DNA from: an uncultured Planctomycetota bacterium
GTDB taxonomy: Bacteria > Planctomycetota > Planctomycetia > Gemmatales > Gemmataceae
Reading direction: 5' to 3'
NCBI GenBank assembly: GCA_963849325.1
Contig: CAWKHF010000002.1
Coordinates: forward strand, 544,001-608,000
Length of the DNA: 64,000 nt
Shown: in pieces, positions 42,880 to 56,723 of the stretch
Numbering within the stretch: position 1 is the stretch's first letter
Layout of the letters: each line of letters begins with the position of its first letter
Program-made: the position numbers and the translations under genes
Notes under the pieces: model-generated
The model's input: the letters and a program-made list of their open reading frames with translations, nothing else
The model's database searches: none
Told to the model about the DNA's origin: nothing

Positions 42880-44521
<1,642 letters not shown>

Positions 44522-44525
<4 letters not shown>

Positions 44526-45577
44526 GGCTGGCTGCTCTTTCCTTGCGGTCGGGTGGTCGGGACGGACTCGGACGGCCTGGGGTTGCCGCCGGGCGGCACC
44601 TTGGGGGCGTCCAGCGGCGGCTGCGCTTCCTCGTTGCGCACCGGCGTCTGTCCGGGCCGCAGCGACTTGATGAAGGCGAGAAGCTGGATCAGTTCCTCCT
44701 CGTTGACCTGCCCTTTGAAGGTCGGCATGATCGGCTCCCAACCCTGCACGACCTTGGACTCCGGATACAGGATCGACTCGCGCAGATAGCCGTCGTCGGC
44801 CACGACCGTGCGGCCGTCGCGGAGGTTGACCCTCTGGCGGAACAGTCCCTCCAGCACCGGGGCGCGGGCGCCAGCGTCGGCGCTGTGGCAGGTGATGCAC
44901 TGCAATTTGAGGAACAGCTTGCGGCCTTGCAGGGCCAGCGATCCCTCGGCGTGGCTGTTGAGCCAGTCCGTGTACTCCTCGCGTTCCTGGACGACCACTG
45001 TGCCGACCATGTTGGAATGACTGGTGCCGCAGTATTGCGAACAGAACAGGTGGAAACGTCCCGTCTTGGTCGGCTGGAACCACGTCTGCACGTAACGGCC
45101 GGGGATCACGTCGATCTTGGTGCGGAAGGCCGGGACGAAGAAATCGTGGATGACGTCCTCGGAGGTCAGCGTCAGCTTGACCGGCCGACCGATGGGGATG
45201 TGCAGCTCGTTGATCTCGCGCTGGCCGTCGGGATGCTGGACCTTCCACATCCATTGCTTGCCGATGACGAACACCTCCGGGGCATCCGCCGGCGGCAGGG
45301 CCACCGAGGTGTAGACGCTCGCTCCCCACAGGAACATGATCAGAAAGACGAACAGCGGCGCGATGGTCCAGAACCATTCGAGCGGATCGTTGCCGGTGAT
45401 GCGCGGTGTGCGTTCGTCCTCGGCCCGGCGGCGATAGCGCCAGGCGAAGAAGAGGAGCAAGGCCGCGATCAGTACGGCCATGGTGCCGGTGACGGTGCAG
45501 AGGAAGAAGAACAGCGCGTCCACGCGCTCGGCCGTGGTCGAGGCTTGTTCGGGAAAAAGGGGGATCTCGGCGAACAT
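44522..45577 (-). CDS. ctaC: Cytochrome c oxidase subunit II with fused cytochrome c (caa3)
   Basis: CuA ligands DVIH...CSQYCGTSH..M, plus heme motif CITCH. Confidence 0.95.
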
Positions 45578-46483
45578 TATTCTCGCACCTTATCGTTTGC
45601 GGAGCGGATGCCCTCTTCGCCGCCCCCCCTGGGATGAGGGGAGAGCGGAGTGAGAAAACCCGACGCTGCCAGAAGCTTGCTCTTGAACCGCTCGCGCCGC
45701 CACGCCAGGAACAGGACCGCCCCTAACACGATGACCGTGAGGACGCCGGCCGCGCGGACCAGGTTCAGCGCCGTCATCGTGTACTTGCCGGTTTCCGGGT
45801 CATAGCGCAGGCAGAACAACGTCACGCGATCGATCACCGGCGTGCCGATCTTGTGCTCCGACGCCTCCACCAGCCCGAGGCGAAGGTCGCGCGGAAAGGT
45901 CTTGTCCTGCAAACCCAGGAAATAACGGGCCACTTTGCCTGCCGGCGTCAGGATCATGATGCAGCTAGGATGGGCGAACTGGTCGAACTTCGGATCGTAG
46001 CGGAACTGGAAGCCAACGGCGTTGGCCAGGCGCAGGATGGGCTGCTGCTGGCCGGTCAGGAAGTGCCAGCCTCGCTCCGCGCCGGGTCGGCCGTACTCCT
46101 CGACGTAGAATTTCTTCTTGGCGGCGGCCAGCTCCGGCGTCTCGCGGTCGTCGAAGCTGACGGTCAGCACGTTGAACTCGTCGCCGACGTTCCACGGTAC
46201 GCCGCGCAGGCCGCGGACGAGATCGTTGAGCACCTGCGTACACAGGCGAGGACAGCGGAAGTAGGCCAGCACGAGGATGGTCGTCTTGCCGCTGGTGCAG
46301 TCGGCCAGCGTCACGGCCCGACCGTTCTCGTCGCGGAATTCCAGGTCGAGCGGCACTTGGGCGTTGAGCTTCTGGCGCAGACTCACCTCGCGCAGAATCG
46401 GCGGCGCATCGCCTTCATCGGAACGGGCAGCCCCAAGCGAGGAGGGCCGTGAGCGTGCAGGCCAGTATCACCATTCGCTTCAT
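45577..46483 (-). CDS. SCO family protein; frameshift in the N-terminal region
   Basis: Signal peptide MKRMVIL..., CPRLC, FAHPS and a C-terminal TM. Confidence 0.85.
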
Positions 46484-47300
46484 GGCTTGTCCTCCCCCGA
46501 TCCGCGGCCGGAGTTGGAGCGAACCGGCGGTGCGATACGGCCGGCGGTCTTTTTCTTGTCGGTTGGCCGGAACTCCTTCGATTGGAGGACTTCCGCCATC
46601 GCCGCCGCCACGGGGATGTGGGCCACTTCCTTGCCGCGGTCGGCCCAGCCGTAGCGCTCCATCTCCACTTCGGCCCACTGCCGCGCCGCCGCCACGTTAC
46701 GCGGCTCCAGTTTGACGACGATTCCGCGCTCCGTCTTCGACTCGTGCGGCAAGGGCGTCGACTTCTCGCCCTCCCTCTTCTCGGGAGGGCTGGAGATGGA
46801 CGTCACAACGCCGAAGCCACCCTCCACGCCGCCGGGCATGTGGTAGGTGACGCTCACGGCCTGTCCCTCGCGCAGATCGAAGAGGCGAGCGTGCTCCTTC
46901 CGCCGATGCGGACGCGGGCGCCGGCGGCGACGTAGAACCGCTGCTCCTCATGGGCGTCCGTGCGGAGGACGAGCAGAGGACTCTCGCGCTCGATGCCTTC
47001 CAGGTGCGGCGGCGGCACATCGAGCAGACGTTCGCTCAGCGGTCGGCGGGCATCGTCCAGCGCCAGCGACGACTCGCCCTCCAGCGGGGCGGCGTTGTGG
47101 AACTTCTCGTGTACGAGCAACCACCACACCGCCAAGTGGATGACCACGGCCGTGACGAACAGGCCGACGGCGACCCGCAGGACGAGCCGCAGGCTGAACT
47201 CGCTTCGTTCGTGGGCTACGCCGGGCGTGCGCTCTGCGGCGGCGCTCGGCGGCGGCGGATGCGAACCGAGCGACGGCGCCGCCTGAATGTGCTCACTCAT
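46480..47300 (-). CDS. actG: ActG-like ACIII subunit with an extra insert; frameshift near 46890
   Basis: Single TM, PPPHLE, YGWAD...HIPVAAAM; position after actF. Confidence 0.65.
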
Positions 47301-48532
47301 CGCGCAGGGCCTCCGCCAGGTTGGGGTCGTTGAGCGGCAGCAGCGGCCGACTCCGCAACTGACCGAGAAACCACCACACGCACAGGCCGCCCAGGCCGAC
47401 CCAGGCCGACACGTCCAGCAGCCAGTAGAAATGCTCGCCCTTGTGGTCGAACGCCGGCTCGACCCACCAGAACATATCGAGGAAGCGCATGGCCAGCAGG
47501 CCGACCGCCACCGCCAGCAGACGCCGCCGATGCTCCTTGATGTCGCGCAAGAGCAGCATCAGGAACGGCAGGCCGAAGTGACAGATGGCGATGACGATGA
47601 CGACGTACTGCCAGCCCTCGCGGCTGCGGCGCAGATACCACGGGATCTCCTCGGGCAGGTTGCCGACCCAGATGAGCAGGAACTGCGAGAACGACATGTA
47701 CGCCCAGAACATCACGAAGGTCAAAAGCAGGCTGCCGAAGTCGCGCAGGTGCGTCGGCGTCAGCGCGCCGGCGAACGGTGGACGGTCGGCCAACAGCAGC
47801 AGCACCGCCAGGGCGAAGGCCAGGCCGTTGAGCAATTGGCCGACGGCGAACATGACCGGGTAGATCGTCGAGTACCACTCCGGTTCCAGCGACATCACCC
47901 AGTCGATCGAGGCGAAGGTGATGGTCAGGGCGTACACGACGATGCCGGGCGCCGCGAGGTTTTCGCAGCGTTCGAGCAGACGGCCGTTGCCTCCTTCGTC
48001 CTGCTGCCTCGACCAGCGGCGGAACAGCAAGGCCAGGCCGATCCAGCAGGCGAAGTACAGGACGGTCTTGCCGACCACGAAGGGGGCGCTGAGCCAGACC
48101 GCCTTGGTGTGCAGCTTCGCCTCGGTGGGTACGGATGGTCCACTGCCCGTACTCGTAGACGTAGGGCAGGCCGCACAGCAGAGGGATGAACAGCACGGCC
48201 AGCAGCGGCAGTGTCCCGGCCGCCGCTTCGAGGATGCGCCGCAGCAGCAGCCCCCAGGCGCCGCCGGTGACGTATTGCAGCATGAGGAACACCAGGCCGC
48301 CCAGGGCGCTGCCCAGCCAGTAGTTGTAGCCCACCAGGTACGACAGAAAGAACTGCTTCGGCGCACGGATGCCATGAGTCAACCACAGGAGGACGCCGAG
48401 CAGCGCGAACGCGGCCAGTCCGCCGCCGGCGGCGTACAGAGCGGTGCGACGCAGGCGGTCCCACTCCGCGCCGCTCAGCTCGGCGCGGGCGCTGGACTCC
48501 AGGCTGGTTGCCGGGGTGATGGCGCTGCTCAC
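47293..48532 (-). CDS. actF: Alternative complex III subunit ActF; frameshift near 48130
   Basis: Motifs TGGAWG, DWVMSLEPEWYST and QFLLIWVGNLPEE. Confidence 0.88.
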
Positions 48533-48544
48533 GGTCGCTCCTCT

Positions 48545-49256
48545 TCAGCGGCGCTTCGCGCGGACCTTGTTGCGCTCGCCCTCGGACAGATCCTTCAGCG
48601 GCGCCCACTGGCTCAACTGCAAGGCGCGGACGTAGGCGATGATCTTCCAGCGGTCGTCCGGCGGGATCTGGCTGGCGTAGTCGGGCATGCCGCCGAAGCC
48701 GCGCGTGATGACCTCGAAGAAATAGCCGATCGGCACGTCGCGTAGCAGCACCTTGAGGCCGCGCCGCTCGAAACCGCGCGAGTAGTCGGTGTGGTAGTTG
48801 GGCGGCGGCAGGTAGCCGCGCTCGACGATCTTGCCGTTGCCGGTGCCCAGGGCGTCGTGGCAGACGGCGCAGAAGATGTTGAAGCGTTCGCGGCCGCGCT
48901 CGATGGCCTTCTGGTCGATGGCGATGGGGCTGACGTCCACGTACTCGGCGAGGATAGGTCCGGTGGTGAACGGCAGCAGGGCGGCGAAGGCGTTCATGGT
49001 CGGATTGCCGATCAGGGCCACGGCGCGGGCCGTGTCGGCGTGCGTCGGACCCTTGCGGTAGGTCAGGATCGCCGACTCGGCGAGCGGCCGGCCGCGCGGC
49101 ACGGTGCCCTCGACCAGTGGCCGCGACGATCGGCCATCGTCGAAGAAACCGCTCGGCTCCAGCGGCCGGTAGTAGGGCTGGCGCGCCATCTCCTGCTGAC
49201 AGGCCGTTGTCAGTAAACAGAGAGGCAGAATCGCGCGTAAGCCGCAAGCGGCTCAT
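48545..49256 (-). CDS. actE: Alternative complex III monoheme lipoprotein ActE; frameshift in the signal region
   Basis: Motifs CQQEMARQP, GRERFNIFCAVCH, GFGGMP and DRWKIIAYVRALQ. Confidence 0.88.
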
Positions 49257-49789
49257 TGGGGCACCTCCGACACTTCGCGCGGGTTGAGTCCGGTCAGGAA
49301 CTGGTTCGTCGCCGCGCGGTCGAAGCGCGGGTCGCCGGCCTCGATGCACAGGAAGAAATGATCGCGCGTGGCCAGGGCGAAGCGCGGCACGTTGAACAGT
49401 GGATGATACGGCATGGGCAGGCCGCACAGCGCCAGCAAACCGAACACCGCCGTCAGCGACGCGATCAGGATCGTCAGCTCGAACGTCACCGGAATCCACG
49501 ACGGCCAGCTGTTCAGAGGCCGGCCGGCCACGTTGATCGGATAACTGACGACGGCACAGTAGTATTGCAAGGCGAAGCCGCCCAGCGCGCCGACGATGCC
49601 GCCGATCAGGATCAGCATCGGCATCTTGGTCCGCCGAAAGCCGAGCGCCTCCGGCAACCCCTCAACGGGAAACGGCGTGTAGGCGTCCATGTACGCGTAG
49701 CCGGCCTCGCGGGTCTGGCGCACGGCCTGGACCAGCGCCGTCGGCGTCTCGAACTCGGCCAGCAGACCGTAAAGCCCCGGATTGGCCAT
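49253..49789 (-). CDS. actD: Alternative complex III subunit ActD (DUF3341)
   Basis: Motifs LLAEF, DAYTPFP, PVTFELTIL and YHPLF. Confidence 0.9.
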   Translation of the reverse strand: MANPGLYGLLAEFETPTALVQAVRQTREAGYAYMDAYTPFPVEGLPEALGFRRTKMPMLILIGGIVGALGGFALQYYCAVVSYPINVAGRPLNSWPSWIPVTFELTILIASLTAVFGLLALCGLPMPYHPLFNVPRFALATRDHFFLCIEAGDPRFDRAATNQFLTGLNPREVSEVPQ

Positions 49790-51206
49790 CAATGTTTCTC
49801 CTCTTCAGCGCCATCGTGATGCACGCGCGACTCCGGCAGCAGCGTCTGCATCTCCGCGATCGAGATCATCGGCAAGAAGCGGATGAACAGGAACATCAGG
49901 GCGAAGAAGAAACCAATGGTGCCGAGAAACATGCTCCAGTCCCACACGGTCGGCGAATACATGCCCCACGACGACGGCAGATAATCGCGGTGCAGGCTGG
50001 TGATGACGATGACGTAGCGCTCCAGCCACATGCCGAACAGGACGACCAGGGCGACGAGGAACAGCCACGGCGGATTGTTGCGAACGGCCTTGAACCACAG
50101 CACCTGCGGGATGATGACGTTGCTGGCAATCAACGCCCAGTAGGAGACGGCATACGGCCCAAGCACGACGGTTGGACTGAGCGTACTGCTCGTACAGGTT
50201 GCCGCTGTACCAGGCCATGAACGCCTCAATGCCGTAGCCGTAGCCGACGATCAGGCCGGTCGCCAGCATGACCTTGGCCATGTTTTGCAGATGGGCCATG
50301 GTGATGAAGTCCTCCAGGCCGTAGAACGTGCGCAGCGGAATGGCCAGGACAAGCACCATCGCAAAGCCGGAATAGATGGCCCCGGCGACGAAGTAGGGCG
50401 GAAAGATCGTCGAGTGCCAGCCGGGCAGGATGGCGACGGCGAAGTCGAAGCTGACGACGGTGTGGACCGACACGACCAGCGGCGTCGCCAGGCCGGCGAG
50501 GATGAGGTACGTCACTTCGTAGCGCTTCCAGTGATACGCCGAGCCGCGCCAGCCCATCGCCAGGATGCCGTAGACGACCTGGACGAAGCGGTTTTTGGTG
50601 CGGTCGCGCAGAGTGGCCAGGTCGGGGATGAGGCCGACGTACCAGAACAACAGCGACACGGTGCCGTAGGTCGAGACGGCGAACACGTCCCACACCAGCG
50701 GGCTGCGGAACTGCGGCCAAATCTCCATCGTGTTGGGATAGGGAAAGAGCCAGTAGAAGAACCACGGCCGGCCCATGTGCAACAGCGGAAACAGGCCGGC
50801 GCAGGCGACGGCGAACAGCGTCATGGCCTCGGCAAAGCGGTTGATCGACGTGCGCCATTTCTGGTGCAACAGCAGCAGGATGGCCGAGATGAGCGTGCCG
50901 GCGTGGCCGATGCCGATCCACCACACGAAGTTGACGATGGCGAAGCCCCAGGCCACCGGGATGTTGATGCCCCAGATGCCGACGCCGTCGCAGCAGCAGA
51001 TAGGCGATGGTGTACAGCATCACCATCGTCAACAGGAAGGCGATGGCGAAGCCGACCCACCAGCCGCGCGGCGTCCGCCGCGACAGGGTGATGGAGCTGA
51101 TCTTCTCCGCGACGGAACGGAAGGTGTAGCCCGGCCCGATCACGGGAGGTCCGCCATGCTCGGACTGGCCCGGATGGGCCGGCGGTGGCGCGGTTTCCTG
51201 CGGCAT
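49789..51206 (-). CDS. actC: Alternative complex III subunit ActC (NrfD family); frameshifts near 50990 and 50165
   Basis: Motifs [35 protein letters not shown] and [10 protein letters not shown]. Confidence 0.92.
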
Positions 51207-51208
51207 GA

Positions 51209-54200
51209 CTAGGTCTTCTTTTCGAGTTCAGGGTTCGGGTTGCGCAGGGCGGCCAGGTACGTCGTTCGCGGCTGCGTGTTCAGCTCCGCCAGCAGGGCGT
51301 AATTGAGCGGTTCTTCCTTCCAGCGCTTGACATCGCTGTCCTGGTTGAGGTCGCCGAAGAGGATGGCTCCGGCGGGACAGACGGCCTGGCAGGCGGTCAT
51401 CACCTCGCCGTCGCGGACTGGCCGGCCGGCCTTCTCGGCCTCGATCTCGGCGACGCGGATGCGCTGCACGCAGTAGGTACACTTCTCCATCACGCCGCGC
51501 GAACGCACCGTCACTTCGGGGTTGCGCATCAGTTTCAGACTGCCGGTCGTGTAGTCGGCGAAGTGCAGGAAGTTGAAGCGCCGTACCTTGTACGGACAGT
51601 TGTTCGAGCAGTAGCGCGTGCCGACGCAGCGGTTGTAGACCATGTCGTTGAGGCCGTCGTGGCTGTGGACGGTGGCGCCGACGGGACAGACCAGCTCGCA
51701 CGGCGCCTTCTCGCACTGCATGCACGGCACCGGCTGGAAATGGGCCGACACCTGGTTGGCGTCGAAGGGATCGTCGCCGGTGAAATAGCGATCGATGCGC
51801 AGCCAGTGCATCTCTCGGCCGCGCGTCACCTCTTCCTTGCCGACGACGGGGATGTTGTTCTCGGACTGGCAGGCGACGACGCAGGCAGTGCAGCCGGTGC
51901 AGGTGGTCAGGTCGATGGCCATCGCCCAGCGTGCGCCGTTGTAGGGAAATTCCTCGCGGGTCTCCGGGTAGAGAGTCAGCGGCACTAGGCGATCGTCGTG
52001 CTCCTCTTGCTTGTGCTCGTGGTCGTGGCCCTTCTCCTTCGGCCCGGGGACCAACTCGAAGACCTTCTTCTCCTTGGTCTCCGCGATCTCCAAATCCTGG
52101 GCGAAGCGAGGGTGTTCGTGGAAATGGCCCAGACGAAGCCGTGCGGATGGGCCGGCGCTCGTCCATGTTGTGGTGCATCTGCGTGCAGGCGATGATGTGC
52201 TCCGCACCCTGTATCTTGCGCACTTCCAGGCCGGAGCCAAACCAGGGAGCGTCTCCGTGGTGCGAAGGGCGTAGGCGTTGAAGCCGACGCCGTTACCGAC
52301 GTGGCCGGCGCGGCTGCGGCCGTGGCCGAGGTGGACCGTGACGGCGTCGTCGGCGTGGCCGGGTTGAATCCACACGGGCACCCGGAGCTTGCCGCCGCGG
52401 TATGTCAACTCGACCATGTCCACGATGGCGTGGCCGTGTTCGCCGCCGGAGGAGCCGAACGCCGACGACGAGCCGCGGACGTAGTCGATGCCGAGCGCCT
52501 TGGCCGTATTCGGACTCATAAGAGCGGCATTATCCCAGGTGAGCTTCGTCACCGGCTTGGGCAACTCTTGCAGCCAACCGTTGTTGGCGAAGCGGCCGTC
52601 GAACAGCGTCGGGTCGGGACGGAAGACAATCTCGAACTTGCCTCCCGCACTAGCGCTTCGGGCTTGCGCGCAGCCTTGGCGGCGCGATCTGCCCAGCCCT
52701 TGCTCGGCTCACGCTTGGCGGGCGTGGGGGCGGTGTCCGCGATGACGCCCTCTTGCAATGACTGCTGCCAGAACGCCTCGAAATCGCCGGATCTCTTTTG
52801 CTCGTTCCACCTGTCGCGCCAGTGTTCGCGGACAATGTCCCGTCCCGAGCGCTCCGGCGCTTCACTGAACGCGGCGAGCAATTCGTGCGCGGAGCGGCCG
52901 CCGAACAGTGGCGCGATCAGCGGCTGAATGATGCCGGCGGTGCCGTCGTAGGCGCGAGCATCGCTCCAACTCTCCAGGTAGTGCGTCTCCGGGACGTGCC
53001 AGTCGCACAGGTCCGCCGTCTCGTCCTGATACAGCCCGAGGTGGATGCGCAGCGGCACCTTCGCCAGGTGGTCGGCGAACTGCAGATCGACCGGCGCGGT
53101 GTAGACCGGATTGCCGCCGAGGATGACGAGCATCTTCACGGCGCGATCGGCCATGCGCTGGACCAACTCGGCGATGTCGCGGCCGTGATCGACCGGCTTC
53201 GCCTCGACCGGCGAGGAGTACAGGACCGTGGCGCCGACATTTTTCAGCTTGTCGTTAAGGACGTGAACCAGCGCATGCAGGCTGGCAGGCTGGCCATCGC
53301 CGGCCAGCACAATGCACTTGCCTTGATGGGACTGCAAGTCCTTGGCGAGCGGTTTCAACCAGCGACGGGCCTCGTCAGGCAACCCACCCTCCGGCTTGGG
53401 CGCGTCGGCGACCTCCAGCTCGGCGGCCAACGCCTGCGCGAACGGCTCGATCTGCGACGGCCGCAGGGCCAGGCGATGGTCGGCGACGGCGCCGGTGTTA
53501 GTCAGCGAGCACTCGACGGTGTAGAGCCGATTCATCGTCAGCTCGTTCGGCGGTGTTTCCTTGTTCCGTCCCTTCGTCCGCACGCGGCGGCGATCGGTGT
53601 AATCGCGCGTGTAGCGCAATGTACCGGGACAGGCCAGCAGGAAGTCGGCGTCCAGCGACAGAACGACGTCGGCCTTCGTGAAATCGTAGTGCGTGTTGAC
53701 GTATTCCTCGAACGCCAGTTTCGCTCCCTCCAGCACGGCCGAACGGCCGGCCGGCTCGTACTGATACCATTTCGCCTTCGGGAAATGGTCGTTGTCGAGA
53801 AGCTCCGTCAGCTGGGCGTGCAGCGTCGGCGAGGTAACGCTGCCGGTCAGGATGCACAACCCCTCGCCGCCCTGCGTTTTCAGCTTGTCCAGCGCGCCGC
53901 GGATGGCGGACAGCGTCTCGTTCCAGGCGCGCGGTCGGCCACGATACGTTACCGCCTGCGAACGGTCGGGATCGTACAGGCCGAGGATAGATGCCTGTGT
54001 CAGCAGGTCGCTGGAGCCACGGCTGGCGGGATGGCTGGGATTGCCCTCGATCTTGGTTGGCCGGCCCTCGTGGCTCTCGACGAGGACGCCGGTGGCGATG
54101 CCGGCCAGCGGCATCGACGTGGCGAAGTACAGCGGCTTGCCCGGCACAATCGCCTCGGGTTGCCGCACGTAGGGCATGATCTTCTCGCGCGGCGCCGGCT

Positions 54201-54396
54201 GTGTCGAACAACCGTTCAGTCCCATCAGGGCCAGCGACGCGCCCATGAGCATGAGGAAGCGCCGCCGCGTCACCGGGTCGGTCCACTCCGAGGCCTGCTC
54301 GGGGAACTCGCGGTGCAGCATCTCCTGGAACTGGGGCGTGTCCAGAAGCTCTTCCAGGCTGCGCCAGTAGCGGCGACCTTCCGAATCGACTGACAT
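51209..54396 (-). CDS. actB: Alternative complex III subunit ActB (Tat-exported; molybdopterin-like plus Fe-S domains); several frameshifts at 52100-52650
   Basis: YWRSLEEL, RRRFL Tat motif, GRPTKIEGNP; Fe-S motifs CTGCTACVVAC, CMQCEKAPC, CVGTRYCSNNC and CTYC. Confidence 0.92.
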
Positions 54397-54411
54397 GGTC
54401 GTCCTCATTTC

Positions 54412-54475
54412 GTTTAGCCGCGACGCGCAGCGGAGCGCGGAGATAGACACGCTCCGCTGCGCGTCGCGGCTAAAC
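54412..54475. repeat. REPIN-like palindrome between actA and actB
   Basis: Arms match the copy at 19437. Confidence 0.85.
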
Positions 54476-55166
54476 TCAGCGATGACACGTCGAGCAACTG
54501 GTCAACTCGTGCGGCGAGCGGATGCCGTACTCCTTGATTAACTTCTGACCGAGCGTCGCCTGGGTATAGGGATTGTCACTATCCGGGTCCTTTTCGTCCG
54601 CGGCACGTCCAGGCCATGTTGAAGACCTCGGACTTCGGCCGCACGTGGTTCTCGGGATTGCGATGACATTGCAAGCACCACTCCATCAGCAGCGTGTTCT
54701 CCTGATACGTCAGCGGCATTTCATCCACGCGGCCATGACACGAGGCGCAACCGACGCCCTTGGCGACGTGGATGCTGTGATCGAAGTACACGAAGCCGGG
54801 CAGGTTGTGGACGCGCTCCCAGGGGATCGAGCGATCGGTTCGATAGCTCGTACGCACGGGTTCGAGCATGGAGCTGCCAACCCAAATCTGCTGGTGGCAG
54901 TTCATGCACGTCTTCGTCGGCGGGATGCCGGCGAAGGCGGAGGTCTCCACGGAAGTATGACAGTAGCGGCAGTCGATGCCGAGTTGTCCGGCGTGATGTT
55001 GATGGCTGAACGGCACCGGCTGGACGAGGGCCAGGTGTGACTCGGTGACGTAGGACGAACGATAGAAGATGGCCGCGAACCAGCATAGGCCGGCGGCGAT
55101 GAAGACGGCACCGAAGATCGTCACCCGCGAGATGGTGTTGAAGCTTCGGTGAAAAATCTGCGCCAC
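54476..55166 (-). CDS. actA: Alternative complex III pentaheme cytochrome ActA; frameshift near 54600
   Basis: Heme motifs CRYCH, CMNCH, CASCH, CLQCH, and terminal CSTCHR* in a shifted frame. Confidence 0.92.
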
Positions 55167-55307
55167 GGTGTCACCTCACCCGGAGCCGCGGCGAACCGCC
55201 CCTGACACTCCGTTGTCCCTCGACCCACTTCCGCGGGTGCTGGACCCCGCTAATGATGTATGAACTCCTCGGTCTGCCAGCAACGAACCGCGAAAATGTT
55301 TAGCGAA

Positions 55308-55323
55308 TGCAAACGATGTGCCA
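55308..55323 (-). promoter_or_regulatory. Sigma54 (-24/-12) promoter TGGCAC-N5-TTGCA
   Basis: Minus strand reads TGGCACATCGTTTGCA, about 140 nt upstream of actA. Confidence 0.7.
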
Positions 55324-55460
55324 AGGGCGCGACGCAGGAAGGCGCTGCGTTGGCGAGCGGCAAATGCGGAGAAGTCGAAAAAAGATGACCCTTGCGGGAG
55401 CAGCGCCATTCCCGGTTGTGAGACAAGCCCTTCCATAGCGGAGAGTCAACCGCGCGCCTA

Positions 55461-55535
55461 TCCGAGCCTGAAGCGTAAGCGAAGAGGACGATAACCTTGG
55501 GTTATCGTCCTCTTCGCTTACGCTTCAGGCTCCGA
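55461..55535. repeat. REPIN-like palindrome (CCGAGCCTGAAGCGTAAGCGAAG family)
   Basis: 33-bp perfect arms; same family as the copies at 59849 and 59928. Confidence 0.85.
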
Positions 55536-55538
55536 AAG

Positions 55539-56591
55539 TCACTGCCGTACTTCCTGCCAGACTTTTTCGATCTTCTTGATAGCCGGCCCTCGGTCGAGCA
55601 GCCATTGGCAGCGCTGGAGCACTTCTCGGGGAGGATAGATCGTCGGGTTGCGCAGGAGCTTGGCATCGATCTTCGCGCGGGCCGCCTGGTTCGGCGTGGG
55701 GTACTGGACGAAATCGGCGTTGCGCGCTGCCATCTCCGGGTCGAGGAGGAAATTGAGGAAGGCGTGGGCGAGGACCGGGTTTGCCGCTCCCCTGGGAATG
55801 GCCATGCTATCGACCCATTTCATCGTACCCGTGTCGGGCAGGACCGCGCGGATGTTCTCGTTTTCAATGCGTGCTTGCGCGATGTCGCCGCTCCAGCCGA
55901 GCACGACCCAGGCTTCGCCCTTGATTAACTTCTCCTTGTAGGCGTCGGACGTGTATGCCTGTACGAGCGGCTTCTGTTTGCGCAGCACCGCCTCGACCTC
56001 GGCGAGATGGGCGTCCTCCGTCGAGTTCATCGGATGGTGCAGGTACAACAGGACGGCGGCGACGGTATTCTCGGCATCGTCGAGCATGGTGATTCGTCCG
56101 CGGTAGCGCTCGTCGAAGAGGACGCCGAAGTCCTTGACCGGCTCCTGGACATGATCGGTGCGGATGCCGACGGCGAGCGTGCCCCAGAAATAAGGGACGG
56201 AATAGCGGTTGTCGCGGTCGTACGGCGCGCCGAGGAATTGACCATCGAGGTATTTCCAGTTGGGGAGCTGGCCCCTGTCCAGCTCGGCGAGGAGACCTTT
56301 CTTGACCAGCGGCGTCATGCTGCGATCCGAGGGAAAGACGACGTCGTACTGTCCGCCGCCGGCCAGCAGTTTCGTCTCCAGTTCGGCGTCGCTGGAATAG
56401 TTGTCGTACTGGACGCGGGCGCCCGTGCGGCGCTCGAACTCCGGGATGAGGCTTGGCTCCAGGTAATCGCTCCAGTTGAAGACGTTGAGGGTCTGGCCGG
56501 CGAACGGCTGCTCACCGGACGGCTTCGCGCAGCCCAGCAGGAGCAGGCCCAGTCCCGCCACCAGTCCGAGTCGATGGCGATACGTCGTCAT
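55539..56591 (-). CDS. Spermidine/putrescine ABC transporter substrate-binding lipoprotein (PotD/PotF-like)
   Basis: Lipobox LLLGC; motifs NWSDY, YDVVFPS, PYFWG, WSGD and WVDSMAIP. Confidence 0.88.
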   Translation of the reverse strand: MTTYRHRLGLVAGLGLLLLGCAKPSGEQPFAGQTLNVFNWSDYLEPSLIPEFERRTGARVQYDNYSSDAELETKLLAGGGQYDVVFPSDRSMTPLVKKGLLAELDRGQLPNWKYLDGQFLGAPYDRDNRYSVPYFWGTLAVGIRTDHVQEPVKDFGVLFDERYRGRITMLDDAENTVAAVLLYLHHPMNSTEDAHLAEVEAVLRKQKPLVQAYTSDAYKEKLIKGEAWVVLGWSGDIAQARIENENIRAVLPDTGTMKWVDSMAIPRGAANPVLAHAFLNFLLDPEMAARNADFVQYPTPNQAARAKIDAKLLRNPTIYPPREVLQRCQWLLDRGPAIKKIEKVWQEVRQ

Positions 56592-56723
56592 GGCAGACCT
56601 CCTTCCCAACGGCCCGGTGTTCCTTCGCCGGAATACTCCGCGGCGGGGGTTGACCGACGCCTTGCGGCCGATTCAAATAATCTTGTCCATCGGCGCATCA
56701 TACGGAAGGATCGGAGCCAGGGC

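Noticed and set aside
45611-45657. Degenerate CCCTCTCCCC-type palindrome in the SCO C-terminus (LTPLSPHPRGGGEEG)
   Set aside because: It may be a decayed relative of the 9296 element, but the pairing is too poor to list as a feature.
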